DNA of 64,000 nt, taken from positions 90,926,636 through 90,990,635 of the forward strand of contig NC_068982.1 in NCBI RefSeq assembly GCF_001194135.2, given 5' to 3'. The notes under the pieces are model-generated. The model made no database searches and was not told where the DNA came from. It saw only the letters and a list, made by a program, of their open reading frames with translations. This stretch comes from Octopus bimaculoides. Lineage: Eukaryota. The position numbers and the translations under genes were made by a program. Below are positions 40,462 through 53,030 of this stretch, piece after piece. The first letter of the stretch is position 1; each line of letters begins with the position of its first letter.

Positions 40462-41013
40462 GTGAGTCAGAGAGCAGTGCATCCCATAAAATTGACACAC
40501 TGGGGTACAAATATACGAAGCCCAGTATATCCCACATAACTACCCGCCTGACAAGTGTACACCAGGCACATGCATTACAACCATGTTTGCGCGACACAGT
40601 GATCTCATATCAAGATAAACAGCGCATGACCTTGTAGGTAGGGTCTAATTTTCTTCAGGTCGAGTAGCCCATCCCCCTCAAAAAATCCCTGAATAAGGTA
40701 TGGTAAATGATGATGAACAAAACACCCATGTTTCCAAAGGTGAATTATTCAAGCCCCAAAGAATTCCTCTCAACACATGGCTATGATGCTCCCCCACTAC
40801 TTCTGCTCCTGATTAGAGATACACATATCGTCAGCCACTAAGGGACATGCTCAACTGGTTAAGGTCAAACACCTGACAAGCAAATCTGTGGGATTAAGCA
40901 GAATATTTACTGTAGCCCATCTTTTATAGCAAGACAAACCAATGTACATGATAACATTTCCAATCAGTTAAGACCAGAAGCCATGAGAGCCACTGGCTGG
41001 TACTGCATCAAGG
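40461..41013 (-). mobile_element. Unclassified ~550-bp non-coding element embedded in (TAA)n
   Basis: Complex sequence with sharp (TTA)n boundaries at both ends, no ORF and no recognisable tRNA head. Orientation is inferred. Confidence 0.5.
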
Positions 41014-41069
<56 letters not shown>

Positions 41070-41102
41070 GTCGTCGTCGTCGTCGTTGTTGTTGTTGTTG
41101 TT

Positions 41103-41325
41103 AAGGNNNNNNNNNNGCTGGCACAATCGTTAGTACCCTGGGCAAAATGCTTTGCGTCATTTCGTCCGTCTTTACGTTCTGAGTTCAAATTCCGCCGAAG
41201 TCGACTTTGTCTTTCATCTTTTCGGGGTCGATAAATTAAGTACCAGTCAAGTATTAGGGTTGATATAATCGACTAGCCCTCACCCCAAATTCAAGCCTTG
41301 CGCCTTTAGTAGAAAGGACTATTAT
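41103..41325 (+). mobile_element. SINE type A
   Basis: GCTGGCACAATCGTTAG...GAGTTCAAATTCCGCCGAAGTCGAC...GTAGAAAGGACTATT. Confidence 0.85.
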
Positions 41326-41859
41326 TACTAAGCAACTGATAACAAGAAAAAGGAAGTAAAAACAAAAAAGAAAAGTAAAAAAAAATTAGAAAAGAATATT
41401 TAGTCGAACAGTTTTGTGTAAATATCATGAAATACCCCTTATTATTTCATTAAGAAAATGAAAGCAAATTTGTTTTTAAATATACAGTTCATATATACAG
41501 CAATTCCATCAAATACTTGAGCAAGGGAGGGAACTCTTATTTTAGCCTTCGCATTATAACTCCTCGCCCATTTTCATAGAATCAAGTGTATGAATTCGTT
41601 CGTTGCTTTCACCGGCTGGCTTTTATAACACAATCTCCACCCATCTGCATCAATATTTCCCAAAAACTTTTAGTTAGTTGATCCTGTAGTTATCTCCCTT
41701 GCTTGTTGTTTTTAAACTTAAAACACCCGTAGAAGGTTTTACCTACTAACTGAAATGTTAATTTCCATTTATAGTTTTTCAATTATGCATCTATCCTCGT
41801 TCACTGCGAGTGTGTAGTTTAAAAAAAAACGTGTTAAATGAATCAGTGATAAACGAATA

Positions 41860-42180
41860 ACAAAGCACATGGACGAAAAAAGTTTCGTTCTGAAGCACCA
41901 AGTTGTTGTGAGCATTGTGGGTCCTCGGTGGAGCACACTTTTGCGGTTCAAGCATAATCTCCGAGTGATCGCTGTCCCGTATTATTACAGATCAATCTCG
42001 TGGAGAGCGTAACACGGTTCACAATTGAGCGTAGTATTATCCGGAATCAGTAATAAACGAGAATAGATGTATTCAATATTATATATGAGACCCAACGATG
42101 TATGCACGATTTCTAACACTGATGTAACGCCGCGTCACATCGAATGAAACATGTTTGTTTCCCGCTTTTCTAATAGACGG
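41860..42180 (-). mobile_element. Possible decayed mariner transposase fragment
   Basis: Minus frames give SVLEIVHTSLG and KSVLHRGPTMLT (cf. KVCARWVPxxLT). Confidence 0.35.
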
Positions 42181-43572
42181 AGGTGACGAATTGGCATAGT
42201 CGTTGAAATATCAGAGAGAATTCTCTGGTGATATTTGTTTCAGTTCTTTGCGCTCTTAGTTCAAACCTCACCGAGGTCAATTTTGCCTTTCATCCTTTCC
42301 ATGTCGATAAGTAAAATACTTGTTCTAGACAGTGTATATGCAAACCTGTTGGAACGTCAGAAGAGAAACCTTGCCGTATCTGTTCCGGTTCTGTACATTT
42401 TGAGTTCAAATTTCCCCGATGAGAGGCATTAAGAGAACTAGTGGAAAACTAGTAGAGAATTAAAAGAACTAATAGCAACATCCCAAAGACTAGTCATTGC
42501 TATTCTTTTCTGGAATAGAAAATATTTCACTTTTAATCATTTACTGACTCAAGGAAGATTCATTGTGTAATATTTCTCATACATCAGACACAGTGTTGTT
42601 GCTAAAGACACAAAAGTTCTTGACTGCATGTAAAAGATGGTTTTTACGACGGATTAGCAACGATTCCCTGGCCAACATATATTGTCTAGCAGACGTTTGT
42701 TTTGTTTTCCCTCTCTGCTTCTAAAGCTTCTACAATAGCCTTGGTTTCTTTAGATACTAGTTTCTCTAGATACAAACTAGATAGTTAAGCACTTCTACTT
42801 ACACCCTCCCGACACACTTTTACCATCTATATATATCTCATCACCGAAGCGTATCTCTAATCACTACCGGCAATCCTTTCTCTACAGGACCGCAACCTTT
42901 TGTAATCCCATATCGCCAAAATATTTCTTGCATACGTCAGCTTATAGAAGCTCAAGCTAAATATAAATTCCTTCGATGGCCTCACCAGAACTGTAAGCCT
43001 TGCAATGGCTATGAACACTGCACTTTGTTCCTGACAGCGCTATAAAGGTATTTGAAATACTTAATAGTTCTTTTGATGCTGAGCAAACACAATTTCAAGG
43101 TCAATATTTACGTTAGGTACTCGGATATCAGTTCTAATGATTCAGCTAATTTATATGGCTATGAATATATATAATCATATATATTCATTGGTTATAATGA
43201 ATATATATGCGTGAGCGAGTGTGTGTATGTGTGTGTGCGCGCGCGTGCGTGTATGTGTGCATGTGCGCCTCTGTTTTTATGTATGATTGTATATGAAAAA
43301 CAAACATTAGTTGAAGGATTGTTTAACATTTTTGCCTAGAATGTCATATGTATTTCATTTTTACAAACTAAAAATTGACAGTTACTTCGAAGTATCTGCT
43401 TCATCTGACAAGATTGACAAAACCGAAGCTGCTAAATAACAGTCGATACATCCCTTGTAATGATTATATGTAGCAATATAATACTTTGTAAGTGGATTTG
43501 GTAGAAGGAAACTGCGTGGAAGACCGACATATGTGTACATATATACGTATGTGTATGCGTGCCTGTGTCTGT

Positions 43573-43636
<64 letters not shown>

Positions 43637-43679
43637 TATACACATATATGCATGCATGTATGTGTGTGTGCGTGTGTGA

Positions 43680-43990
43680 GAAGGCTCGTGGCTTAGTGAT
43701 TAGCATATTTGGCTCTCGATCGTGAGGTCGTGAGTTCGATACACTGTGATGTGTTGTGTCCTTGATTAAACACTTTATTTCGCGTTGCTCCGGTCCACCC
43801 AGCTGGCAAAAATTAGTTGTACATTTAATTCAAAGGGCCAGCTTTGTCACATTCTATGCTGAATCTCCCTGAGAACTATGTGAAGGGTACGCGTGTCTGT
43901 GGAGTGCTCGGCCACTTGCAGGTTAATTCCACGAGCAGACTGTTCCGTTGGTCGGCTCAACTGGAACATTGGTTGTAACCGACGGAGTAC
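43680..43990 (+). mobile_element. tRNA-derived SINE, head type B, full length
   Basis: TGGCTTAGTGATTAG (A-box), GAGTTCGATAC (B-box), then a body ending GTAACCGACGGAGTACC; matches 11150-11430. Confidence 0.85.
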
Positions 43991-44049
43991 CAGTTATGTA
44001 TGTTCTCCTGTTTTTAATTATTTGAATTCTTCCTCCCTAAGAAAGGATC

Positions 44050-44815
44050 TAGCTTCTAATAAAGATACAAAGCTCCATCGTTGGAATATAGATAACAAAA
44101 ACAATGCCACATTTTAAACTTGAGAAATGGCTTCCATACTTTTGTTGTTCCACTTTCAGATTGTATTTGTAATGTGCGAGTTAGGTGGTCGATTTCTTTT
44201 TCTGAAAACCTTAGTTTATCCAGATTGTCACTTAGGCGTTTACTCACAAAACAAAATACATCAATTATCATTGGTATAAGCGTGAATTTATGATCTGAGC
44301 ATAGAAGCTGGAGGTTTCAAAGCAATTGTCCATAGTAATCCCCTTTCTCTGTGATTTTCAAAGAAATATTCACATCAGCACGACAGCTGACGTCTATGAC
44401 GTTACATTTTTCTTTTGTCTTTTCCAAACAACAATATATCCAGCCTGTTATGTTTACACTTGACAGATGTTTTGATGGGAATGTTCCGCCAGTACAACTT
44501 GTGTTTATGTTCGTGTATATATTCAATAGGTGGCTGGGTGGAATTCTCTGTTTATTTCAGGACAGTCGTGTTTTCTGAATGGCATTGCGTATTGTTTTTG
44601 CAACAACGTTGTGTCGCATAGGGAGGTGATACCATGACGATATTTTGGGGCAGCTGCCAATCACATGTGGGATGTATTTCAGAATAATATGACATAGTAT
44701 ACATTTTCAATTGCATCTTGAAGTTCCAAGGGCTTCACTGCCTCTTGTTTATGAGATATTTCGCAGCAATAGGATTGCAAATGCTGAGCATTTGAAGAAT
44801 GTGATGTGATGCAGT
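44050..44815 (-). mobile_element. RLE-bearing LINE (R4/Dong/NeSL-like), a third distinct 3' family
   Basis: Joined minus frames give AKYLINKR, SHVIGSCPKISSWYHLPMRHNVVAK, IKTSVKCKHNRLDILL, IDVSCRADVNI, FTLIPMII...LQIQSESGT. Confidence 0.75.
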
Positions 44816-45224
44816 AGTATGTATGTATGTATGTATGTATGTATGTATGTATGTATGTATGTATGTATGTCATTATTCAGTTATATTTCAAGATGTTTTG
44901 TCAATACAAAAAGAACCGCTTTCTAACTTAGATCCAAGGCTCCTTCACTGGAATTTCAACAACATCAACAGAGTATTTTTCTATGTGTGAATGTATATGT
45001 GCAGATTTATATGGTTTGTTTTATGTATGTCTTCTCATGCATATAATTGCACATCTAAACACGCTCATATATACTTAAATGATAAACAATTGAAATGTTT
45101 TACAGATTTTATAGTTCCAGTGATGGCTTGGATCTAATCAGCTTTCTCCTTTCTGCTTTTGAGAAGCCTAATTTCTCAAGATTGATATTTAGGCAGTGTG
45201 CATGCATATACGTGTGTATGTCAT

Positions 45225-45503
45225 TGTATCGACCAGACTATCGGATGTCGTTGTACACAACACGCTTCCTTGCATTGTTTTAGTTTCCGAATGATATCAT
45301 TCCGCTGACTAGGCAGGCAGGCCATCGCTCGCCTTGTACGGAAACCTGACTGTGGCAGGGTCATCTATTTGCAGCCGAATGGATTGGTGCAGCGTGAAAT
45401 GAATGTTTTGCTCCACAAAAAGTTCATTTGCCGGACTGAAAATTCAAAACCAAGATCCTGCGATCGTGAGTGCAACACCTGAAACACTAGACCACGTGCC
45501 TTC
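45225..45503 (-). mobile_element. SINE head type B with an alternative 3' body
   Basis: Minus strand: GAAGGCACGTGGTCTAGTG...CACGATCGCAGG...GAGCAAAACATTCATTTCACGCTGCACC, then a body unlike the other type B copies. Confidence 0.65.
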
Positions 45504-45814
45504 ACATACACACACACACACACACACACATTCATATATGGGGGTATATATTTGTGGGGGGGGGGGCGTAAAAGCGCGTGATATACAAAAATTTACATAT
45601 GCGTGTGCGCACGCGTAAGTGTGTGTACGTGAGAGTGTTTTTGCGTTATTTGCATTTATGCATGTTTATATGGTCACATGGTTTACAAGGTCTCTGGCGC
45701 AATATATGCGCGCATGCATGCGTTCAGTGTATGTGCAGGGGTGGTGTTTGCGTTTGTGAGTGTGTGTTTGAGAATGTAAGTAAGTGCGTGTGCGTGTGTG
45801 TTTATGTGCATGTG

Positions 45815-45856
<42 letters not shown>

Positions 45857-46181
45857 ATAGAGAGAGAGAGCTTGTATGCAAGGAAAGTTACAATGGTCGT
45901 ACTGAGAAAGAAATTCATAACTGTTTACTTCTATTTATTTATTTATGTGTGGAATGTTAGTAATGATATGTTAATAAATAATAGTAACGGACTTGGACAC
46001 ACAACTCTGTCATACATACTGAACGACTTAGTCCCTCTTAAATGTTTCTGCATCGTGTGTGTGAGTGTGTGTGTTACATAACTATACGCACACACTATAT
46101 GTATATTTATACGCACAAGCAGAAAGAACAGAGCGATGAAAAGGCTATTAGTTTAATGCTTCAGTCATTGAAAGGGAATGG

Positions 46182-46215
46182 CTTAACGTTTTGGAAGTCA
46201 ATCCTTCATCAGAAA
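46182..46215 (-). ncRNA. Minimal type I hammerhead ribozyme, degenerate (G12A)
   Basis: Minus strand TTT-CTGATGA-A-GGA(ttgact)TCC-AAA-ACGT-T-AAG: stems I, II and palindromic III are intact, but the core GAA reads AAA. Confidence 0.7.
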
Positions 46216-46510
46216 TAAAACAGAAACATAGGAAGAGAAGAAGAGAGGAGTAGTGAGTATAGAATTTTAAAAATATAGAAAACGTAAAATAATGTTCAAA
46301 ACTTAAGAAGTAAAAACCAAACATATTAGTGGAAAAGATGCACGGAAAAGGTTTGAAAACTGGGTGGAATGCCGTTTTAGTGAGCGGAAGCCAAGAAGGG
46401 AGGAGGTGAATGCGTAGATGCGTCTATCTGAGTGTTTGTGTCTCTGGAAGCGGGAATAAAGGAGAATGGTAAAGGAATGCTGTGAGGTACATCAATAAAG
46501 CTCCACAGTA

Positions 46511-46727
46511 GGCGGCGAGCCAACAGAAACGTTAGCACGCCAGGCGAAATGCTTAGCAGTATTCCGTCTGTCTTTACGTTCTGAGTTCAAATTCTACCGA
46601 GATCGACTTTGCCTTTCATCCTTTCTGGGTCGATAAATTAAGTATCAGTTGCGTACTGGGGTCGATCTAATTGACTGGTCTCTTCCCCAAAAATTTCGGA
46701 CCTTGTGCCTAGAGTAGAAAAGAATAC
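46511..46727 (+). mobile_element. SINE type A with 12-14-bp TSD
   Basis: AGCTCCACAGTA(GG) at 46499-46512 and 46728-46741 brackets a well-preserved copy. Confidence 0.92.
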
Positions 46728-46985
46728 AGCTCCACAGTAGGTTGAATTTAGAAGTATGATGGTATGTCGATGGTATGTCAGTATGTCGATATGTGGTGCG
46801 ATTGTTAGATGGGTAGATGAACACGTCTACGCAAAGCTTTTGAGTGAGTGTGTGTGTGTGTGTGCGTGTGTAATCGTGTTTTGTCTAAAGAACTCGCGAC
46901 AGGCACATTAAGTAGACCACCTACTTATCCATGTGTATGCTTTTATGTGCATGCGTAGTAAAAGACAAAAAGACAGAGTTGTACA

Positions 46986-47089
<104 letters not shown>

Positions 47090-48280
47090 GTAAAATATCT
47101 TCTGTGTGTGTGTGTGTGTGCGCGCGCGCGCATATATATGGAGAGCGAGAGGGGGAGAGAAAGAAAAAGAGAGAGTAATCTCTTTATATATATTTGTAGT
47201 TGAATGATGCGTGTGTAGTTTACGCTATGACTGAAATTTAGCCGTACGAGAAAAGTGAAGAGTCAGTAAACTTAATCTGAAGGTAATTAGTGATTAATCA
47301 CTCTAAATAATTAGCTACGAGGAAGAAGTGGAGGTTGTGAGAAGATGTGAGGGTGGGTAAAGAGAATTCTGGAAGACAGCGATAAAAGGAATGTTATAAA
47401 ACTAACCATATAATATAACACATTGTTTTGACTGGACACAACATTTATATTCATCGATATTGTCGATATCAACGCATTGATAGTATATCCATTCGCACAG
47501 GACAAAAGGCTATATTGCTTCTAACTTAATTTGAACTTTAATCCCTACGATAGCGATCTGTTCAACTTGCTATATTCCAGTCAACTTTACTTTATTCCTA
47601 CTCCATCAGCGTCACCACCACTAACACCAAAATCACCACTACCAGCATCCCCACCACTAACATCACCGCTATCAAAATCACCAGCAGCAGTAACAACAAC
47701 ATCACCACCACCAATATCCTTACCACCATCATCACCAACAACATCATCAACAAAATAACCACCACCAAAGAAAAGAAAGAAACCACGCGTTGCGTCCCCT
47801 TTGTCTGTCGAAATCATAATTAAATTTGTTGGAGTAGAATAATTCAACGAGGAAGAGGTCAAAGTCTGCGAGACAGCAGTTCAATCTGGAAAAGGTGATG
47901 TCCTCCAGTTCGACAAAAGAAATTTGTCCATGTGCCTGCATTTGCTAAAAGTTTCAAATTTAGAATTGAGTAATTCTTTTCCTTTCTTTTCCCTTTGTAC
48001 TCCAGTTTCACATTTTTGCATCAGCTGTCTTGTTTTTTTCTTGTGTTTTCTCATCGATCAGATTCTTAGTTTTCTAATATGCCTAAACATTCTTCAGTGA
48101 ACGTGAATAATTGCTTGGAGAAACAAGGTACATTATATAAATGCCGAATTATTATGTTTCCATTTCACAGCATGAAACTATTAGCAGCTCTTACTTAAAT
48201 ACTGTGTATATTAAATGATATTTATCTCTCACTGGATAGAGTACTTTTTTCTTGATCCTATCTATAATGGAGCAGTAAGC

Positions 48281-48334
<54 letters not shown>

Positions 48335-49209
48335 NNNNNNNNNNNNNNNNNNNNNNNNNNNNNNNNNNNNNNNNNNNNNNNNNNNNNNNNNNNNNNNNNN
48401 NNNNNNNNNNNNNNNNNNNNNNNNNNNNNNNNNNNNNNNNNNNNNNNNNNNNNNNNNNNNNNNNNNNNNNNNNNNNNNNNNNNNNNNNNNNNNNNNNNNN
48501 NNNNNNNNNNNNNNNNNNNNNNNNNNNNNNNNNNNNNNNNNNNNNNNNNNNNNNNNNNNNNNNNNNNNNNNNNNNNNNNNNNNNNNNNNNNNNNNNNNNN
48601 NNNNNNNNNNNNNNNNNNNNNNNNNNNNNNNNNNNNNNNNNNNNNNNNNNNNNNNNNNNNNNNNNNNNNNNNNNNNNNNNNNNNNNNNNNNNNNNNNNNN
48701 NNNNNNNNNNNNNNNNNNNNNNNNNNNNNNNNNNNNNNNNNNNNNNNNNNNNNNNNNNNNNNNNNNNNNNNNNNNNNNNNNNNNNNNNNNNNNNNNNNNN
48801 NNNNNNNNNNNNNNNNNNNNNNNNNNNNNNNNNNNNNNNNNNNNNNNNNNNNNNNNNNNNNNNNNNNNNNNNNNNNNNNNNNNNNNNNNNNNNNNNNNNN
48901 NNNNNNNNNNNNNNNNNNNNNNNNNNNNNNNNNNNNNNNNNNNNNNNNNNNNNNNNNNNNNNNNNNNNNNNNNNNNNNNNNNNNNNNNNNNNNNNNNNNN
49001 NNNNNNNNNNNNNNNNNNNNNNNNNNNNNNNNNNNNNNNNNNNNNNNNNNNNNNNNNNNNNNNNNNNNNNNNNNNNNNNNNNNNNNNNNNNNNNNNNNNN
49101 NNNNNNNNNNNNNNNNNNNNNNNNNNNNNNNNNNNNNNNNNNNNNNNNNNNNNNNNNNNNNNNNNNNNNNNNNNNNNNNNNNNNNNNNNNNNNNNNNNNN
49201 NNNNNNNNN

Positions 49210-49253
<44 letters not shown>

Positions 49254-49299
49254 GTATGTATGTATATACATGTGTGTATGTGTGTGTGTGTTTCTTTAT

Positions 49300-49462
49300 G
49301 TCAGTGTTTTCTCCCACCCATCACCGTTTTACAACCAGTCTCGGTGTATTTAAGTTCCTGTAAAGTAGCGGTTCGTCAAAGGAGAACGATAGGATAAGTA
49401 CTAGGCTTAAAAAATAAGTCAACTAAAAGCCCTTCAGGGTGGTGCTCCAGCATGGCCGCAAG
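49300..49462 (+). mobile_element. SINE type C, 3' tail
   Basis: TAGCGGTTCGTCAAAGGAGAACGATAGGATAAGTACTAGGC...GTGGTGCTCCAGCATGGCCGCA after a microsatellite and gap. Confidence 0.7.
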
Positions 49463-50899
49463 CCTGGTTACATCGACATAAAAGAGAAACGTGTAACACT
49501 GGCCACAAATGAAATTAGCTTAAACGGGCTTTGATTGTTTCCTTGTTATCCTCTTAAAATCATACAAATAAGCTTTAGCTACGCTATTCCAGATACTTCT
49601 TTCAAAGCCTTGTGTAACACTGGCCACAGAAGACATGGGCTTAAATTCTGCAACGGGCCATGATTGGTTCTTTGTAATCCTTTTAAAATCATGCAAATAA
49701 GCTTTAGCGACGCTACTGCAGATACATTTTCAAATCATTTTGGCAAGTGGGAAATCACCGAAAGAAATTGGAGGAAGGCATCATATACTCTAATATATAA
49801 GCGTAAAAGCAGAATGGATACCAAAAATTTGATAGCCCAATGAGTGCCTCCCTTCCTAAGTCGACAAAGTGTGATTTAGGAGCTATTTGGCTGCTATTTC
49901 TAGCAGATTATAGATTACCTAGAGCTTCTATCACTGGCTCGTTGTGCTCCACTGAAGTTAGTAGTGAGATAGTAAATAGCGGAGTAGTAAACAGCAAAGT
50001 GATGAACAATAATGTGTTGAATTGTAATGCAGTTAACTATGGGAGTGGCAAACAAAAGGGTAATGAACAGCAGGTAGTAAAGCCGTGAAGATTGAGCACG
50101 TGAGCAGTTGTATTAATGAATAGTGATGAAATTTACGGTGGAACAATGGTCAGTGGATAGTAACGCAGAATACATAGTAGCATTAAACAATGCGATAGTG
50201 AACAGTGAAAGAGTGATCTTGTACATTTAAATAAAGTGAATTCTGGGTGAGTAAACTTGAGACTGTAAAACATCCCTCAGTGAACAATCAATAGTGCGCT
50301 ATTGAACAGTGACACAGTGAACGGTGGGACAGTTAACGCCGTGAAAAGTGATATGAGTGAGCATTAATATAGTGCTGCATAAACAACAGGATCATAAAAT
50401 CAGTGGTATAACGAACAGTGATGCTTAGAATGGTGTGGCAGAGAACAATGTGCTGGTAAACACTGGGACAGTAAAACTGGTGAACTGATAAGTTAGCAGT
50501 GCGTTAATGAATTAGTGAACGAAGAGGTAGATAATAGTAATGCAGTGTACAGTGGGGCAGAAAAAAAGCCATGATAGTTGATCAGTAACGCAATGAAGAG
50601 TTAATAGTGCGTTAGTGAACGGTGGGGAAGTGAAGAATGACGTCATAGTCCCGTAATCGTTGATCAGTAACACAGTAGTAAACAGTATTATAAGAAAAAG
50701 GTGATAGTGAGCAGTGATGCAGTGAACAGCAAAACAGAACAGCCATGCATATTGACCAGTAAAATGGCGATCGTTGAAGTAGTAACACTGTTGTGGTCAA
50801 CACTGGTGCAGTGAACGATGAGAACTAAACGGTGGAGCAATAACGACATGAACTCTGATGAAACGAACTGAAATTGTTACACACGATAGCTGAAATATT

Positions 50900-51103
50900 A
50901 GCTTCAAATTCTAGCACAAGTTCAACAGTTTGTGAGGAGGAGTAAATTGATTGTATTAACCGCAGAGATCAACTGTGGTACTTATTTTATCGACCACGAA
51001 AGGATAAAAGGCAAATTCGACCTCAGCAGAATTTGAATTCAGAACATAAAAACGGGCTAAATGCCGCTATGCGAGCTCACAACTCTGCCAGCTCGCCACC
51101 TTA
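50900..51103 (-). mobile_element. SINE type A
   Basis: GGTACTTATTTTATCGACC...GAATTTGAATTCAGAAC...CTGCCAGCTCGCCACC. Confidence 0.8.
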
Positions 51104-51418
51104 CAACTTTGATACCAAGGCCGTCTCTTGATTTCTGACGTAGATATGTTGTTGTTATTATTTATTTAAAAGGTTTAAGTATTTGGATGAACGTTGCAAA
51201 GTTTCCTTATTCACTCTTTTTGTTGCCAGTAAGAGTTCTATTACCTTGAGAGATACTACTAATTAAGAATAACAGTTGTGTGGAAAATACAGATAGTTGA
51301 CAGGTGACTTCATTTCACCTGTGTTTAGCAAAGAATGGAAATAGGTTATGCGATCTTCGGTTTCAGGCACACAGACACAGCACTGACACGACTAAGACAA
51401 ACGGAGTCACGCGTGGAC

Positions 51419-51514
<96 letters not shown>

Positions 51515-52829
51515 ACATACATGAATACATACATACATACATACATACATACATACATACACATACACACATATGCATGCATATATACATACAGAAGCAA
51601 GCATACGTACATTCACATAAAAAAATCTTTAATATGTTCAAACTTATGTACGCAAACACAAATGCAAACCCTTTGCACACATCGTACATACATGCATGCA
51701 GACACACACGCGCATGTATGTACACATGCACTTACACACGTACGTATACACACATGCACACACATCCAATATACCTGCGCGTGCGCGCAAATGGGTGTAA
51801 TTTCAGATGACAATATTTATATTTTCTAACACTGGTACACGCAAACACATGCATGTACATACATACATACATACATACATACATACTACATGCATAATGC
51901 ATACATACGTACATACATACATACGTACATACATACATACACACATACATACTACATGCATAATACATACATACTACATGAATAATACATTACATACATA
52001 CGTACATGCATACATACATACGTACATGCATACATACATAATACATACATACATACATACATACATACATACATACATACATACATACGTATATATGTAC
52101 CTACGTATTCATTCACTCTTCTCTTTACAGGCGCCTTCTCACAGTTTAAGAGCATGGAAAATAATTCTCTTTGTCACAGGAAAGCTATCTGGTTGGCATG
52201 TACAGACGGGGGTTTGTTATTGCTGCTTCTCTTTTTTTATTTTTTCTCCAGTTTCAATGAATTTGGTTCCATTGACAACAAGCTGTACAGAGTTTCAAAC
52301 AGCAATATTTCATGGACATTTTCTCATATGTCGTGACATGACGATTGCTGTAGGAAAGAAGAAAGTTGTATTGGGGTTTTAGCTCTCTTGATGCGTTTGT
52401 GCGTGAACTAAAATGTAGATTAAATCATTGCTCAACTTTGAAGTCGTGTTTGCAATTATGAGGATAAAACACTACATCGTCTTCCAGCATATTTGGTGTC
52501 AAGATGAAAACAGAGCTTGACTCAACTCTCTCAGTCGAAAGTTATACAGATATAGTATTGGATTACCTGCGTGTAAATCATCAGTGAATGGTGAGGGTAG
52601 TGGCCGGTGGATTAGTGAATAGCGGTGAAGTAGTTCCGTAAACATTGATCTGCAACACAGTAAATAGCAAAGCAGTGAACAGTAATGGATGGAAAAATAT
52701 GATAGTGAACTATGATGCAGTGAACAGCGGGGCAATAAAGTAGTGACTCATCACTTTAATCATAGGCGAAAGTGGGGTTCAATAGGAATCATCCTTTAAT
52801 CCTAACCTGTCGTCCCAGAAGAATAGTAA

Positions 52830-53030
52830 TACATTGGTTGATATAGCTCATCAAATAAAATGCTTAGCGTCATTTCTTCCGGCTCTCAATGTTAAAATCC
52901 CATCGAGATCAACTTTGCCTTCCATCCGTTCGAGGTCGATAAAATAAAGTACCTGTCAAGTACTGGAATCGATATAATCGAATTCCTCCCACCGTTCAAA
53001 GTTGCTAGCCTTCTGCCATAATTAGAAAGA
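52830..53030 (+). mobile_element. SINE type A, diverged
   Basis: AAAATGCTTAGCG...GATCAACTTTGCCTTCCATCC...GTACCTGTCAAGTACTGG. Confidence 0.7.

Noticed and set aside
49750-49860. GKSPKE...IYKRK resembling an RT N-terminal motif (similar weak hints at 13160-13370, 42700-43050 and 52130-52500)
   Set aside because: Too degraded to assign by eye; needs an HMM search.
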